Shown piece by piece: positions 38,997 through 51,570 of a DNA stretch of 64,000 nt (position 1 is its first letter; the number at the start of each line of letters is the position of its first letter). The stretch spans positions 110,920,001 to 110,984,000 of the forward strand of contig NC_086108.1 in NCBI RefSeq assembly GCF_963921235.1. The letters run 5' to 3'. Both the position numbers and the translations under genes were made by a program. The notes under the pieces are model-generated. The model did no database searches. It saw only the letters and a list, made by a program, of their open reading frames with translations, and had not been told where the DNA came from. The DNA comes from Mobula hypostoma (Eukaryota).

Positions 38997-41329
38997 CACT
39001 TCCCCAGCCTCCCTCCTCCTCTCTGACTGCCGTAACAGTGAATTGTTGACACAAGTTTCCAACTAACTCTGGTAATGAACAACATGTTTCTGGTAAAGGA
39101 ACATGGAACATTATAGCATAGTACAGTCACTTTGACCCACGATGTGGTTGCCAAACTTCTCACCTGCTCTAAGATCAATCTCAAACACAAGGGATTCTGA
39201 AGATGCTGGAGATCCAAAGCAACGCACACAAAATACTGGAGGAACTCAGCAGGTCAGGCAGCATCTATGGAAAAGAGTAAACAGTCAACGTTTTGGGCCA
39301 AGACATTTCTTCAGGACTGGAAAGGAAGGGGAGAAGTCAGAGTGAATCAAAGAGCAATTTACAGTACGTTTTCCTCCCACATAGCCTTCCATTTTTTCTA
39401 TCATCCATGGCTATCTAAGAGTTTCTAAAATATCCCTAATGTATCAGCCTCTACCACCCCCCACCTGCAGAACATTCCACTCACCCACCACTCTTCTGAT
39501 TAGCAAAAAACTACCTCTGACATCCTCCCCAGTACTTTCCTCTAATCACCTTAAAATTATCCTTCCTTGTATTAGCCATTTCTGTTCTGGGAAAAAGTCT
39601 CTGGCCGCCCACTTGATCTGTGCCTCTTATCACCTTGTACAGCTCTATCAAACTGCCTCTTATCCTCCTTTGGATTGAAGAGCAAAAACATTAGCTTGCA
39701 CAACCTACCCTCACAAGACATTCTCTCCGATCCAGGCAGCATCCTGGTAAATCTTTTCTGAACTCTCTCTGAAACTTCTGCATCCTTCCTATAAAGAGGC
39801 AAAGAGGTGTTTTGCTCTAGAAACAGCATCAGATTTGTGGTCCCACCATCTCTTGGTGTACATGCATTAAATTCTAAACAAAAGAGATTCAGCAGATGCT
39901 GTAAGTCCAGAAGACTCAGTCTGAAATGCCAGCTGTTTATTTATGCATGACGTTATCCCTGTCCAACACTTTCCAGTGCCAAAAGTAGGGTGATCAACCA
40001 GTAAAGAACCAAGCCAGACGAATGCCAACAGAACTGACTTGGGCAGAACATTACTACTCAGAAATAGAACACTAAGATTGCTGATCTTTGCTTCTGGGAA
40101 CATCGGTGATGTATCAAAGTAAAACATTGTCTTTGGTCCAAATGAGGTTGGAAAGTGACACACACAATTCTGGTCGGAACATGCTTCTCAAATTCAACTT
40201 CCCCCGTTTTAGAGTCAAGTACTGTATTATCGAACACTACAGCAGAGAAGCAGGCACTTGAGCCCATATATTCCATTTCACACTATTAATTTGCCTAGTC
40301 CTATTGACCCACAACAGGACCAAAGCACCCTCCATACCCCCCCCATCCATGTATCTACACGAATTTCTTTTAAATGTTGTAATCAAACCCATATCCACCA
40401 CTTGCGCCAACAGCTCATTTCACACTCTTCCCGCCTTCTGAGTGAAGAAGTTCCCCCTTATGTTTCCCTTAAACATTTCACCTTTCACCTTTAACCCATG
40501 ACCTCTAATTCTAGGTTCACCCAACCACAGTGGAAAAAGCCTGCTTGCATTTACCCTGTCTATCCCTCTCATAAGTTTGTAAACCTCTATCAAATCTCCC
40601 CTCATTTTCCATCACTCCAGGGAATGAAATCCTAAGCTACTCAAACTTTCCTTGTAACTCAGATCCGCCAGTTCTGGCAACATTCTCTTTCAATCTTATT
40701 GAAATCTTTCCTGCAGGTAGGTAACCAAAACTACACACAACACTCTGAACTAGGCCTCAGCCGCATCTTGTTTATTGAGATACAGTATGGAATCGGTTTT
40801 GAGCTGTGCTGCCCATTAACCACCGATTTAACTGTAACTTAATCACGGGACAATTTACAACGACCAATTAATCTACTAACTGGTAAGTCTTTGGACTGTG
40901 GAAGGAAACGGGAGCACCTGGAGGAAACCCATGCGGTCTGAGGGAGAACGTACAAACTTCTTATGGACAGCAGTGGTGGGAAATGAACCTGGGTCGCTAG
41001 AACTGTAAAGTACTGTACTGTGCTGCCCCTATCTTACACAAGGCATAGTTTCTGTAATAGTTACTGAAATTACTAGGGTTGTCTGATGCTTGGACAACCC
41101 ATCCTAAAGATTTACCACCATTGCTGTGAATTTTTTGGATCTTGATTCACTCCTCTCCAACAACATCACAAGTTATTGCATGGGCCGTTAATGAGTTGGG
41201 TTTTTGTGGCCTGTACAGTACAGAAACAGGCCCTGCAGCCCACAATCTCCCTGTCCAGCACAATACCAATCCAAACCAATCTCATCCGCACATTGTAGCG
41301 ATCTCTCCATTCCCTGCACGAACCAACAC

Positions 41330-41600
41330 CATGAAAGTGTCGCGGTTAATGTGACACTGTTACAGCTCGGGGTTCAGTTCTGGTGTCCTCTGTAAGCAAT
41401 TTTGTACGTTCCTTGCTCTGTACTGTGGGTTTCCTCCAGGTGCTCCGGTTTCCTCCCACAGTCCAAAGACTTACTAGTTAGTGGATTAACTGGTTATTGT
41501 AAATTGTCCCATGATTAGTCCAGGGTTAATTCGGGGGGTTGCTGTGCAGCGTGGCTTGAAGGACTAGAAGGGCCTGCTCCACACTGTATCTTTAAATTAA
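41330..41600 (+). mobile_element. V-SINE/HE1-like tRNA SINE; related copies near 1150-1280, 20225-20400, 26370-26520, 40815-41030 and 50650-50920
   Basis: GGTTTCCTCCAGGTGCTCCGGTTTCCTCCCACAGTCCAAAGAC V-domain-like core. Confidence 0.7.
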
Positions 41601-42245
41601 AGAAAACGCAACCTCCCTATGTTGCTCTCTTATTGAACTATTTATATATTTCTGATTGTAACTTATAGTAATTAGCTGCCTCAAAACAACAAATTTCACA
41701 CTCCCCTCTTGTGCACCTCCTCCATCTCTTCCTCCCATAGTCCAGTCTCCTCTCCTTTCAGATCCCTTCTTCACCCCTTCACCCTTTTCCACCTATCACC
41801 TCCCAGTTTCTTTCTTCATATCCACTCCCCCACCCACCCACCCACCTTCCCCCTCACCTGCTTCACCTGCCAGCTTGTACTCCACCCGCTCTCCCCACCT
41901 GAAGATCGAGGGGAGATTTCATGGAGGTATACAAAATTATGAGGGGTATGGATAGAGTAAATGCAAGCAGGCTTTTCCCACTAAGGTTGGGTGAGGTCAT
42001 GGGTCAAGGGTGAAAGGTGAAATGTTTAAGGGGCGCATGAGGGAGAACTTCACTCAGAGGGTAGTGGTATGAAGGATCTTGGCCAGAAACCTCGACTGTT
42101 TATTCCTCTTCATAGATGTCACTCTAGGTTTCCAGCAATTGCAGAATCTCTAGTGTTTATAAGTTTCACTTTGTCAATTATTTTCTTTTTACTAGACTAT
42201 GTTTTTCCCAAAGCTGCCTCTCTGTCTGTGTAAACATTTCCTTAC

Positions 42246-42340
42246 CGGTTGGTTTAGAAGGATCTGTATATTTTCACGATTTCAACTTTAATTGTTCCAT
42301 CATCTTTAAGTGTAGGCTCAGTTGCCAGCAGTTCCGTCAA
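42246..42340 (-). other. Candidate internal non-coding exon (95 bp)
   Basis: ttcttgacacag| ... AACCG|GTAAGG in a non-repetitive island; stops in all three frames. Confidence 0.3.
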
Positions 42341-43119
42341 CTGTGTCAAGAATCAGAAATCAGGTTTATTATCACTGACCTAGATGATATGAAGTTTGTT
42401 GTTTTGCATCAGCACTATGGCTCAAAGACAAAGTTACCATATGTTACAAGAATAATTAAAACGTGCACAATAAAAGGAATAATGAGGTAGTTACACATTG
42501 CCGGCACCTGCCGACCCACCGTCAGGGACATACAGTGCCAGTAAAAGGCCACTGACATCATGATGGATCCCACCCTCCCTGCTCATGGACTGTTTGTCCC
42601 ACTCCCATCAGGGAGGAGGCTACATAGCACCCACACCAGGACCACCAGACTCCAAAACAGTTACTTTCCCCAAGCAGTGAGGCTGATCAACACCTCCACC
42701 CACTAACCCACCCCTCCACACCCCCGACTACCACTACTTTATCATTTCCTGTCAGTCACCTTATGTACAGACACTCCTGTGCCTAAAGTCACTTTATGAA
42801 CATCTATGTGTATAAGCTATCTTATGTATTCATATTATGTTTTTCATTATTATTGTGTTCTTTACCTTATAGTGATTTTTTTGCTGCGACAGATCTGGAG
42901 TAACAAATATTTTGTTCTCCTTTGCATTTGCGTCCTGGAAATGACATAAAACAATCTTGAATCCATACAGATTTCATTACACAGTGAATTGAGGTAGAAC
43001 AATGCAGAATAAGATAACAGCTGTGAGAACGTGCAGTGCTGACAGACACTAAAGTGTAAGATTATAACGAGGTAGATTCTGAGGTCAAGAGTCCATCTCA
43101 TACTGGGGAACTTGTCATT

Positions 43120-44190
43120 TTTTTATTTATTCATTTATGGGATGTGGACATTGCCAGCTAAGCCAGCATTTATTGCCCATCCCTGATTGCCCTTGAGAAG
43201 GTGGTGATGAGCTGCCTTCTTAAACTGCTGCAGCCCCTGAGGTGTAGGTATGCCCACAAGTGATGTTAGGGAGGGAATTCCATGATTTTGACCCAGCGAC
43301 AATGAAGGAACAGCGATATGTTTCCAAGTCAAGATGGTGAGTGTCTTGGAGGGGGATTTCCAAGTGGTGGTGTTCCCAGGTATCTGCTGTTCTCGTCCTT
43401 CTAGATGGTGGTGGTCATGGGTCTGGAAGGTGCTGCCTTAGGAACGTTGGTGTGTTGTTGCAGTGCACCTTGTAGATAGTTAACACTGTTGCAGCTGTTT
43501 ATGGATGGTGGAGGGATTGGATGCTTGTGGAAGGGGTACCAGTCAAGTGGGCTGTCTTGCACTGAATGGTGTCGAGCTTCTCGAGTGTTGATGGAGCTGC
43601 ACTCATCCAGGTGAGTGTCGAGTATTCCATTACACTCCTGACCTGAGCCTTGTAGATGGTGGACAGGCTTTGGGGAGTCAGGAGGTGAGTTATACCCCAC
43701 AGGATTCCTAGCCTTTGACCTGCTCTGGTAACCATGGTGTTCATATGGCTAGACCAGTTCAGTTTCCTGTCGATGGTAACCCCCACCCCCCCCAGGATGT
43801 TGATAGCAGGGGATTCAGTGATGGTGAGACACTGAATGTCAAGGGACAATGGATAGAGCCTCTCTTGTTGGAGATGGTCATTGCCTGGTACTTGCGAGGC
43901 TCGAATGTTACTTGCCACTTGTCAGCCCAAGCCTGGATAGTGTCCAGGTCCTCCTGCATTTGGGTATAAACTGCTTCACTATCTGAGGAGTCACGAATGG
44001 TGCAGAACATTGTACAGTCATCTGTGAACATCCCCACTTCCAACCTTATGTCAATGATGAAGCAGCTGAAGATGGTTGGTCTTAGGACACTTCCCTGAGG
44101 AATTCCTGCAGTGATGTCTTGAGGTTGAGATGATTGACCTCCAACCACCACAACCATCTTCCTTTGAATCAGGTATGATTCCAAACAGCA
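43120..44190 (-). mobile_element. A-tailed CR1-superfamily LINE, distinct from the dominant CR1s
   Basis: IPQGSVLRPTIF, FTDDCT, IYKAQVRSVMEY, FKKAAHHHLLKG motifs; A-rich tail at about 43120. Confidence 0.85.
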
Positions 44191-44515
44191 GAGTCCTATA
44201 ACAGTGGGGTAGAATCTATCCTTGAGCTTGGTGGTACGTGCTTTCAGATTTATGTGTCTTCTGCCTGATGGGAGAGGGGAGAAGAGAGAATGTGTGGGGT
44301 GGGTGGTGTCTTTGATTATGCTGGCTGCTTTACTGATGCAGTGAGAAGTTTACACTGAGTCCATAGAAGGGGGTGCTGGTTTCTGTGATGTGCTGAGCTG
44401 TGTCCACAACTGTGGAATACTCTGCTAGGGGTGCTGCTAGAGGCAGATACATTTGCGGTATTCAAGAACCTCCTGGCAACACACACGAAACTCAACAAGT
44501 CAGGTAATTTCTTAC

Positions 44516-44810
44516 CCCTTGTCCGTCACCCTTGCCCCTTTGCCTTGCCACTGTCCTCCAGCCCCTGTCCCCTGTACATCACGGAGCGAGTCCAGCTGCA
44601 GGACGCTGACTGCCTCTTCCCTCACAATGAGTGGTGATTAATAAGCTACCCACTTAATGTCATTCAGAAAGCAGCAATTTAAGCAGCGTTTTATCCATGC
44701 GGTGATTACAGAGGGGCACAAATCATCGCCTCGTCGCTCGAGAGGCCTGAAGGTCACAGAGGACGGGGCCGCGGCTGCCTCAGCCTCACGGGAGCCAGGA
44801 TCAGAGAAAA
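44516..44810 (-). other. Candidate non-coding first exon
   Basis: Unique sequence downstream of the X-box ending in a strong donor AAGGG|GTAAGA; only short ATG-initiated ORFs; the 5' end is a guess. Confidence 0.3.
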
Positions 44811-44817
44811 CCGCTCC

Positions 44818-44831
44818 GTAACCCTAGCAAC
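44818..44831. promoter_or_regulatory. RFX X-box-like motif in a CpG-rich unique island
   Basis: GTAACCCTAGCAAC, an imperfect palindrome of the X-box type, next to CpG-rich 44690-44820. Confidence 0.4.
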
Positions 44832-45489
44832 AACAACAAAACAATTCTTCCGCAAGCTGGCACCACAGAAACCAGCTGAGTGGAGATTTCCACAGAAATC
44901 TAAACACAAGAGATTCTGCAGGTGTTGGAAATCCAGAGTAACACACACAAAATGCTGGAGGAAACAACGGGTCAGGCAGTGTCTATGCAGGGGATAAATA
45001 GTCAACATTTCCAGCAGAGACCCTTTATCAGGATGAGATACATAGCTGACGATTGTTTATTTCTTTCCATCGCCGCTGTTTGACTTGCTAAGGTCCTCCA
45101 GCATTTTGTGTGTGTTACTCCAAAAGAAAAGAGCGGTGTTTCCATGACATCTTTCACTTCCCTTTCAAGACAACCCAGATTTTAGTAGCCATTTCTGAAG
45201 TCGTGTTAGAGGTAGCCTCAACCAGCTGGGTCACGGGCTCAAACCTCCACACCTTCAAAGACATCTTTAACAGATGTCACCTCAAGAAGGTGGCATCCAC
45301 CATTAGGGACCCTTACCATCCAGCACATGCCCTCTTCTCATTACTACCATCAGGGAGGAGGTACAGGGTCCTAAGAATGCACAATCAAATTTTAGGAAAG
45401 TTTCTTCCCCTCCGCCATCAGATTACTGAGCAGTCTATGAACCCATGAATGCCACCTCACTATCTGGCTCACATCTGCACTACCTGCAG

Positions 45490-45972
45490 CACGGTTCACC
45501 AGATTGATTCCTGGGATGGCAGGACTTTCATATGATGAAAGACTGGATCCACTAGGCTTATACTCTCTGGAATTTAGAAGATTGAGTGGGGATCTTATTG
45601 AAACGTATAAAATTCTAAAGGGATTAGACAGGCTAGATGTAGGAAGATTGTTCCCGATATTGGGGAAGTCAGAACAAGGGATCACAGTTTGAGGATAAAG
45701 GTCTTTTAGGACCGAGATGAGGAAAAACTTCTTCACACAGAGAGTGGTGAATCTGTGGAATTCTCTGCCACAGGAAACAGTTGAGGCCAGTTCATTGGCT
45801 ATATTTAAGAGGGAGTTAAATAAGGCCCTTGTGGCTAAAGGGATCAGGGGGTATGGAGAGAGGGCAGGTACAGGGTTCTGAGTTGGATGATGAGCCATAA
45901 TCATACTGAATGGCGGTGCAGGCTCGAAGGGCTGAATGGTCTACTCCTGCACCTATTTTCTATGTTTCTATG
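45490..45972 (+). mobile_element. CR1 3' fragment, same family as 54531-56571
   Basis: IPGMAGLSYDERLD..GLYSLEFRRL with a matching 3'UTR and tail. Confidence 0.9.
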
Positions 45973-46025
45973 TTAAAAGTTGCTGGTGAACGCAGCAGGC
46001 CAGGCAGCATCTATAGGAAGAGGTA

Positions 46026-46062
46026 CAGTCGACGTTTCGGCCGAGACCCTTCGTCAGGACCA
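46026..46062 (-). ncRNA. Minimal type I hammerhead ribozyme (Penelope-associated)
   Basis: TGGTC-CTGACGA-AGGGTCTCGGCC-GAAAC-GTC-GACTG; core intact, 1-nt deletion in stem II. Confidence 0.6.
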
Positions 46063-46821
46063 ACTGAAAGAGGAGATAGTAAGAGATTTGAAAGTGGAAG
46101 GGGGAGGGGGAGATCCAAAATGATAGGAGAAGACAGGAGGGGGAGGGATGGAGCCAAGAGCTGGACAGGTGATTGGCAAAAGGGGTACGCAGCTGGAGAA
46201 GGGAGAGGATCATGGGATGGGAGGCCGAGGGAGAAAGAAAGGGGGAGGGGAGCACCAGAGGAAGATGGAAAGCAGGCAAGGAGATATAGTGAGAGGGACA
46301 GAGGGAGAAAAAAGAGAGAGAAAGAAAGAGGAAAAAATAATAATAAGGGATGGGGTACGAAGGGGAGGAGGGGTATTAACGGAAATTAGAGAAGTCAATA
46401 TTCATGCGATCAGGGTGGAGGCTACCCAGACAGAATATAAGGTGTTGTTCCTCCAGCCTGAGTGTGGCTTCATCTTTACAGTAGAGGAGGCCGTGGATAG
46501 ACATATCAACAGTAGAGGAGGCCGTTTATGCCCCACCTCCCCTTCATACCCCATCCATTATTTATTTATTTATTATTTTTTTCCCTCGCTCTCCTTTTTC
46601 TCCCTCTGTCCCTCTCACTATACTCCTTGCCCATCCTCTGGGCTTCCCCCCTCCCCCTTTCTTTCTCCCTAGGCCTCCTGTCCCGTGATCCTCTCATATC
46701 CCTTTTGCCAATCACCTGTCCAGCTCTTGACTCCATCCCTCCCCCTCCTGTCTTCTCCTATCATTTCAGATCTCCCCCTCCCCCTCCCACTTTCAAATCT
46801 CTTACTAGCTCTTCCTTCAGT

Positions 46822-46859
46822 TAGTCCTGACGAAGGGTCTCGGCCCGAAACGTCGTCTG
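46822..46859 (+). ncRNA. Minimal type I hammerhead ribozyme (Penelope-associated)
   Basis: TAGTC-CTGACGA-A-GGG(TCTCGG)CCC-GAAAC-GTC-GTCTG; core intact, one stem I mismatch. Confidence 0.65.
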
Positions 46860-46987
46860 TACCTCTTCCTATAGATGCGGCCTGGCCTGCTGCATTCACC
46901 AGCATTTTTTGTGTGTGTTGCTTGAAATTCCAGCATCTGCAGATTTCCTTGTGTTTGCACTACCTGCAGTCTTTGATTTTTATTAAT

Positions 46988-48365
46988 ACACTCAGTGGCC
47001 TCTTTATCAGGTGCACCTGTACACCTCATTAATGCAAATAAGACATAGGAGCAGAATTAGGCCGCTTGGCCCATCCAGTCTGCTCCACCAGTTAATCATG
47101 GCTGATCCTTTTTTTTCTCTCTTCAACCCCATTTCCCGGCTTAATATGCCAAGACTGATGAAGGCCTGCTAAGTCCTGAAGAAGGGTCTCGGCCCGAAAC
47201 GTTGACTGTTTATTCTTCTCCATAGATGCTGCCTGACCTGCAGAGTCCCTCCGACATTGTGTGCGTTGACCTCCAATGCTTCATGTTTCTGGAACATTAA
47301 ACAGCACAGCACAAAATCATGCCCTTCAGTCCACAATGTTGCTTCCCTCCAAAAAGATCAGGTAATCACTGAATCTAAATTTTATTTCTACATTAGCTGA
47401 CTCAACCAAGAAACTTATACTGAAATTGCATTAAGCCGTTCATTAATTTAAATAAATGATGACTATTGATCTGTTGTGAAAGCTCTCTATAATTATGAAT
47501 TCTAGGAAATATTTCAGAATTATTTTATAGTGGAGTAGCTCCCTCCAAAATAGGTAAAACAAACAATTTCTTCAAACTAATCAATCAGCCCTAAAGGTAC
47601 AAACTGGCAAGAGAGTAAATGGGGATGTACTGAAAAGCCCATCCTTTTGTGCTATCATTTCATGGTATAAACCTCAAGGCAGGAACAAAAGCAAATAAAC
47701 CTCAGAACAATTTTATGTTATTATTAAAGGACTTTAGACTCTTACAAGATGAAAAGATAAATCAATGGGTCAAAGGACACTGAATTATCTGAGGGGAAGC
47801 ATGGAAACTTGTAGCAACAGTGGGCAATTCCATTATTCAGTATAATCATGAATAATTATCCAAAGTCCTGATCGTATTTTCTTTCTGTATCCCTTTATTT
47901 GTTTAACTAATCAGCTAATCAAATGGCAGCAACTCAATGCATAAAAGCATGCAGACATGGTCAAGAGGTTCAGTTGTTGTTCAGACCAAACATCAGAATG
48001 GGGAAGAAATGTGAACTAAGAGATTTTGACTGTGGAATGATTGTTGGTGTCAGACAGGGTGGTTTGAGTATCTCAGAAACTGCTGATCTTCTGGGATTTT
48101 CACACACAACAGTCTAGAGTTTACAGAGAATGGTGTGAAACTGAACAGCAGTTCTTTGGGTGAAAACTCCTTATTAATGAGAGGTCAGAGGAGAACAGCC
48201 AGACTAGGCACAAGCTGACAGGAACTCAGACAACCACTCGTTACAACAGTGGTGTGCAGAAGAGCATCTCTGAATGCACAACAGTTCGAACGCTGAATTG
48301 GATGGGCTACCTCAGCAGAAGACCACGACATATACTCAATGGCCACTTTGTTAGGTGTGGCCTAA
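46988..48365 (+). mobile_element. Tc1-like non-autonomous element, interrupted
   Basis: TIR cactcagtggcc at 46989; the body resumes near 47905 with HTH remnant ORF 47923-48117. Confidence 0.7.
47171..47208 (+). ncRNA. Minimal type I hammerhead ribozyme (Penelope-associated)
   Basis: AGTC-CTGAAGA-A-GGG(TCTCGG)CCC-GAAAC-GTT-GACT: stem I, CUGANGA, stem II, GAAA, loopless palindromic stem III (ACGU), NUH site. Confidence 0.7.
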
Positions 48366-51283
48366 CTAGAGTTTTATAAAGCTGCATCACAGCTCCCTGA
48401 CTCTTAAACTTGATTCTTAACAAATAAAGACAGACAAAATGCTTCCTGTACCACTCTATCAACCTGTATAGCCAATTTCAGGGAGCGATGGACTTGGACC
48501 CCAACATCACTCATTTGCCAGAGTGTGTGTTCGATGAGGCTGTTCAGTTTCAGATTGCATATGCATTGGACCATACAGTGAAATGCCTTGTTTGCATTAA
48601 CAAGCAACATAACCTAGGGATGTGCTGGGTGCAGCCCAGATCTGTCACTACATATTCCGACAGCAACACAGCCAGCCCGCAACGTTCGGTAGAACAACAC
48701 AACAGCAACAAAACAACAAGAGCTGAACAAGTTCCATTCCTCCCTCCCTCCCTCCCTGCCCCTCGCCCACCTATACACACACACAATTCTTCAACCTGAA
48801 GATTAGCTATCTTTGGCCTCCAGTAGACTTTCGGATTTATAGACATGGGGTTTCAGCTTCTCCAGTGGACTCACATATTTCCGTACATTTCTGGACTAAA
48901 GCCCATGAGGCGATAAGGTGTGGGAGCAGATTTAGGCCATTTGACAGATAAAGTCTGCTCCACCATTCCATCATGGCTGATTTATTATCCCTCTCAACCC
49001 AATTCACCTGCCTTCTCCTCATAACCTTGATGTCAAGAACGTATCAACCTCCATTTTAATATACTGTACCCAATGACCTGGCCTCCACTGCCATCCATGG
49101 CAATGAATTCCACAGGTTCACCACCCTCTGGCTAAAGAATTATTTTCCTTATCTCTGTTCAAAATGGACATCCCTCTATTCTGGGGCTGTGCCTGAGGGT
49201 CCTAGACCCACCCACTATTGGAAACATCCTCTCCACAGCCACTCTATAGAGGCCTTTCAATATTCGATAGGTTTAGATGAGATTACCCCCCCCCCCCATT
49301 CATCTAAACACCAGTGAGTTCAAGCCCAGAGCCGTCGGGCTTCAGATTTCAGCATTGACCCCGGGACCTGCTGATGGTGGGGAAGGAGGAGCCTTGGGAC
49401 CAGAGTCACGTTTGCCCCTCAGGTGCAGAGAGGATTCTTTTATTTGTTGCCTCTCTTCCAGGGCTTAAGATGCTGAAGGTAGGACTTTGGTTGTTAATTG
49501 TATCCTCAGGGAGGGATAATTTCAATTAAGGACATCATTCCGTGCAGTAAAGGAGAAACTGTCATCTTCCCCCGTGCACTAACATCTGTTCTGAGGGCTC
49601 CAGTTACTGAGAACACACAGAGTCTTCCTCTAATGTTCATCGACATGACTTCGATGTGAGTGCACAAGGCACAGATAGTGAGTGTGAGGATACTCCCAAA
49701 ACAGGCAATGCTGAGGATCAAAGTTCAGAGTAAATTTATTATCAAAGCGCATATATGTCACCATATACAACCCTGAGATTCATCTTCTTGTGGGATTCAC
49801 AGTAAATACAAAGAAACACAATAGAATTGATAAAAGACCGCACACTACAAGACGGACAAACATCCGATGTGTAAAAATCAACAAACTGTGCAAAAATAAA
49901 AACAAAATATAAAAATAATAATAAATAAATAAGCAATAAATATCAAGAACGTGAGATGAAGAGACCTTGAAAGTGAGGCTATAGGTTGTGGGAACAGTTC
50001 AGTGATGGGGTGAGTGAAGTTAACTCCTCTGGTTCAGGAGCCTAATGGTTGAGGGATAATAACTGTTCCTGAACCTGGTGGTGTGAGTCCTGAGGCTCCT
50101 GTACCTCCTTCCTGATGGTAGCAGTGAGAAGAGAGCGTGGCCTGGGTGGTGGGGGTCCCTGATGATGGATGCTGCTTTCCTGTAACAGCGCTCTGTGTAA
50201 CTGTGACGAACAGTAACAGGATGACCTGGGTCTGCTTGGTACATGGCTGAAAATTAGCAAATGGCTTTTAATCCAGATAATGTAAGGAATTGTATTTTGG
50301 GAGATCAGATCAGGATAGCACTTATAGAATGGACAATGCACAACACAACTAGTCCTCTCTGTTTCTGGGGTGTGTTATGGAAGAGAGGGACCTGGGACTA
50401 AAAGTTCATAGTTCACTGAAAGCAGCAACGTTTAGGGGGGTGAAGGCGGCGATGGGCATGCTGGCCTTCATCAGTCAGGGAACTGACTACAGAAGCTGGG
50501 AAGTTATGTTGCAGTTATCTAAGAAGTTAGTGAGGCCACTCACCAAGTATTGCAGACAGTTTTGGCTGCCTTGCTACATGAAAGAAGGTATTAAACTAGA
50601 AAGAGTGCAAAAAGATTTGTTAATTTTAGATTTTATTTTAATTCAGTGATACAGCATGGAGTAGGCCCTTTGAACTATGCTGCCCCAGCAAGCCCACAAC
50701 CCTGATTAGCACTAACCTAATCATGGGACAATTTACAATGTCTAATTATCCTTCCCGGCACATCTTTAGACTGTGGGAGGAAACCAGAGCACCCGGGGGA
50801 AACCCACACATTCCACGGGGAGGATGTACAGAGACTCCTTACAGAATGGTGCTGGACCTGATCTCCGAACTCCGAAACACTGTGAGCTGTAATAGCGTCA
50901 TGTTAACCACCACACCACCACAGTGCCTCAGGGTTTACCAGGACGGTGCCTGGGCTTGGGGGCCGGGCCTGAGTTACTAGCAGAGGTTGTGTAAACTAGG
51001 GCTTTATTCCTTGGAATCTAGGAGATTGAGTGGTGACCTTTCGGAGGTGTAAAAGACCAGGAGGGGCATAGACAGGGTGAAAGCAGATAGTCTTTTCCCA
51101 GAGAGGGGGTTGCTTAAAAACAAGAGGACAGAGGTGAGAGATTTGAAAGGGATTTCAGAGGCTCTCTCTTCACACAAAAGGTGATGAGTAATTGGAATGA
51201 GCTGCCAGAAATAGTGGTTAAAGCAGGCATGTTAGCAACATTTAAAAGTAATCAATAAGTCCATGGATAGGAGAGGATAGGAG

Positions 51284-51570
51284 TGGACTAGCTATCTGAA
51301 GGTCGTGAGTTCGAGCCCCAGCCGAGGGAGCGTGTTGTGTCCTTGAGCAAGGCACTTAATCACACATTGCTCTGCGACGACACTGGTGCCAAGCTGTATG
51401 AGTCCTAATGCCCTTCCCTTGGACAACATTGGTGTCATGGAGAGGGGAGACTTGCAGCACGGGCAACTGCCGGTCTTCCATACAACCTTGCCTAGGCCTG
51501 TGCCCTGGAGAGTGAAGACTTTCCAGCCGCAGATCCATGGTCTCCCAAGACTAACTGATGCCTTTATTTA
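51284..51570 (+). mobile_element. tRNA-derived RTE-tailed SINE (second copy)
   Basis: Highly similar to 19507-19820; B-box GTTCGAGCC. Confidence 0.85.

Larger units (their letters stand above)
45975..46960. mobile_element. Penelope-like element as inverted (divergent) pseudo-LTR pair
   Basis: Minus copy about 46507 to 45975 and plus copy about 46528 to 46960, each with a hammerhead motif; 17-bp direct repeat ACAGTAGAGGAGGCCGT at the junction. Confidence 0.85.

Noticed and set aside
49340..49720. Unique island with splice-like signals (17-nt plus-strand micro-exon; minus-strand acceptor near 49607)
   Set aside because: No consistent frame or recognisable protein; too weak to call
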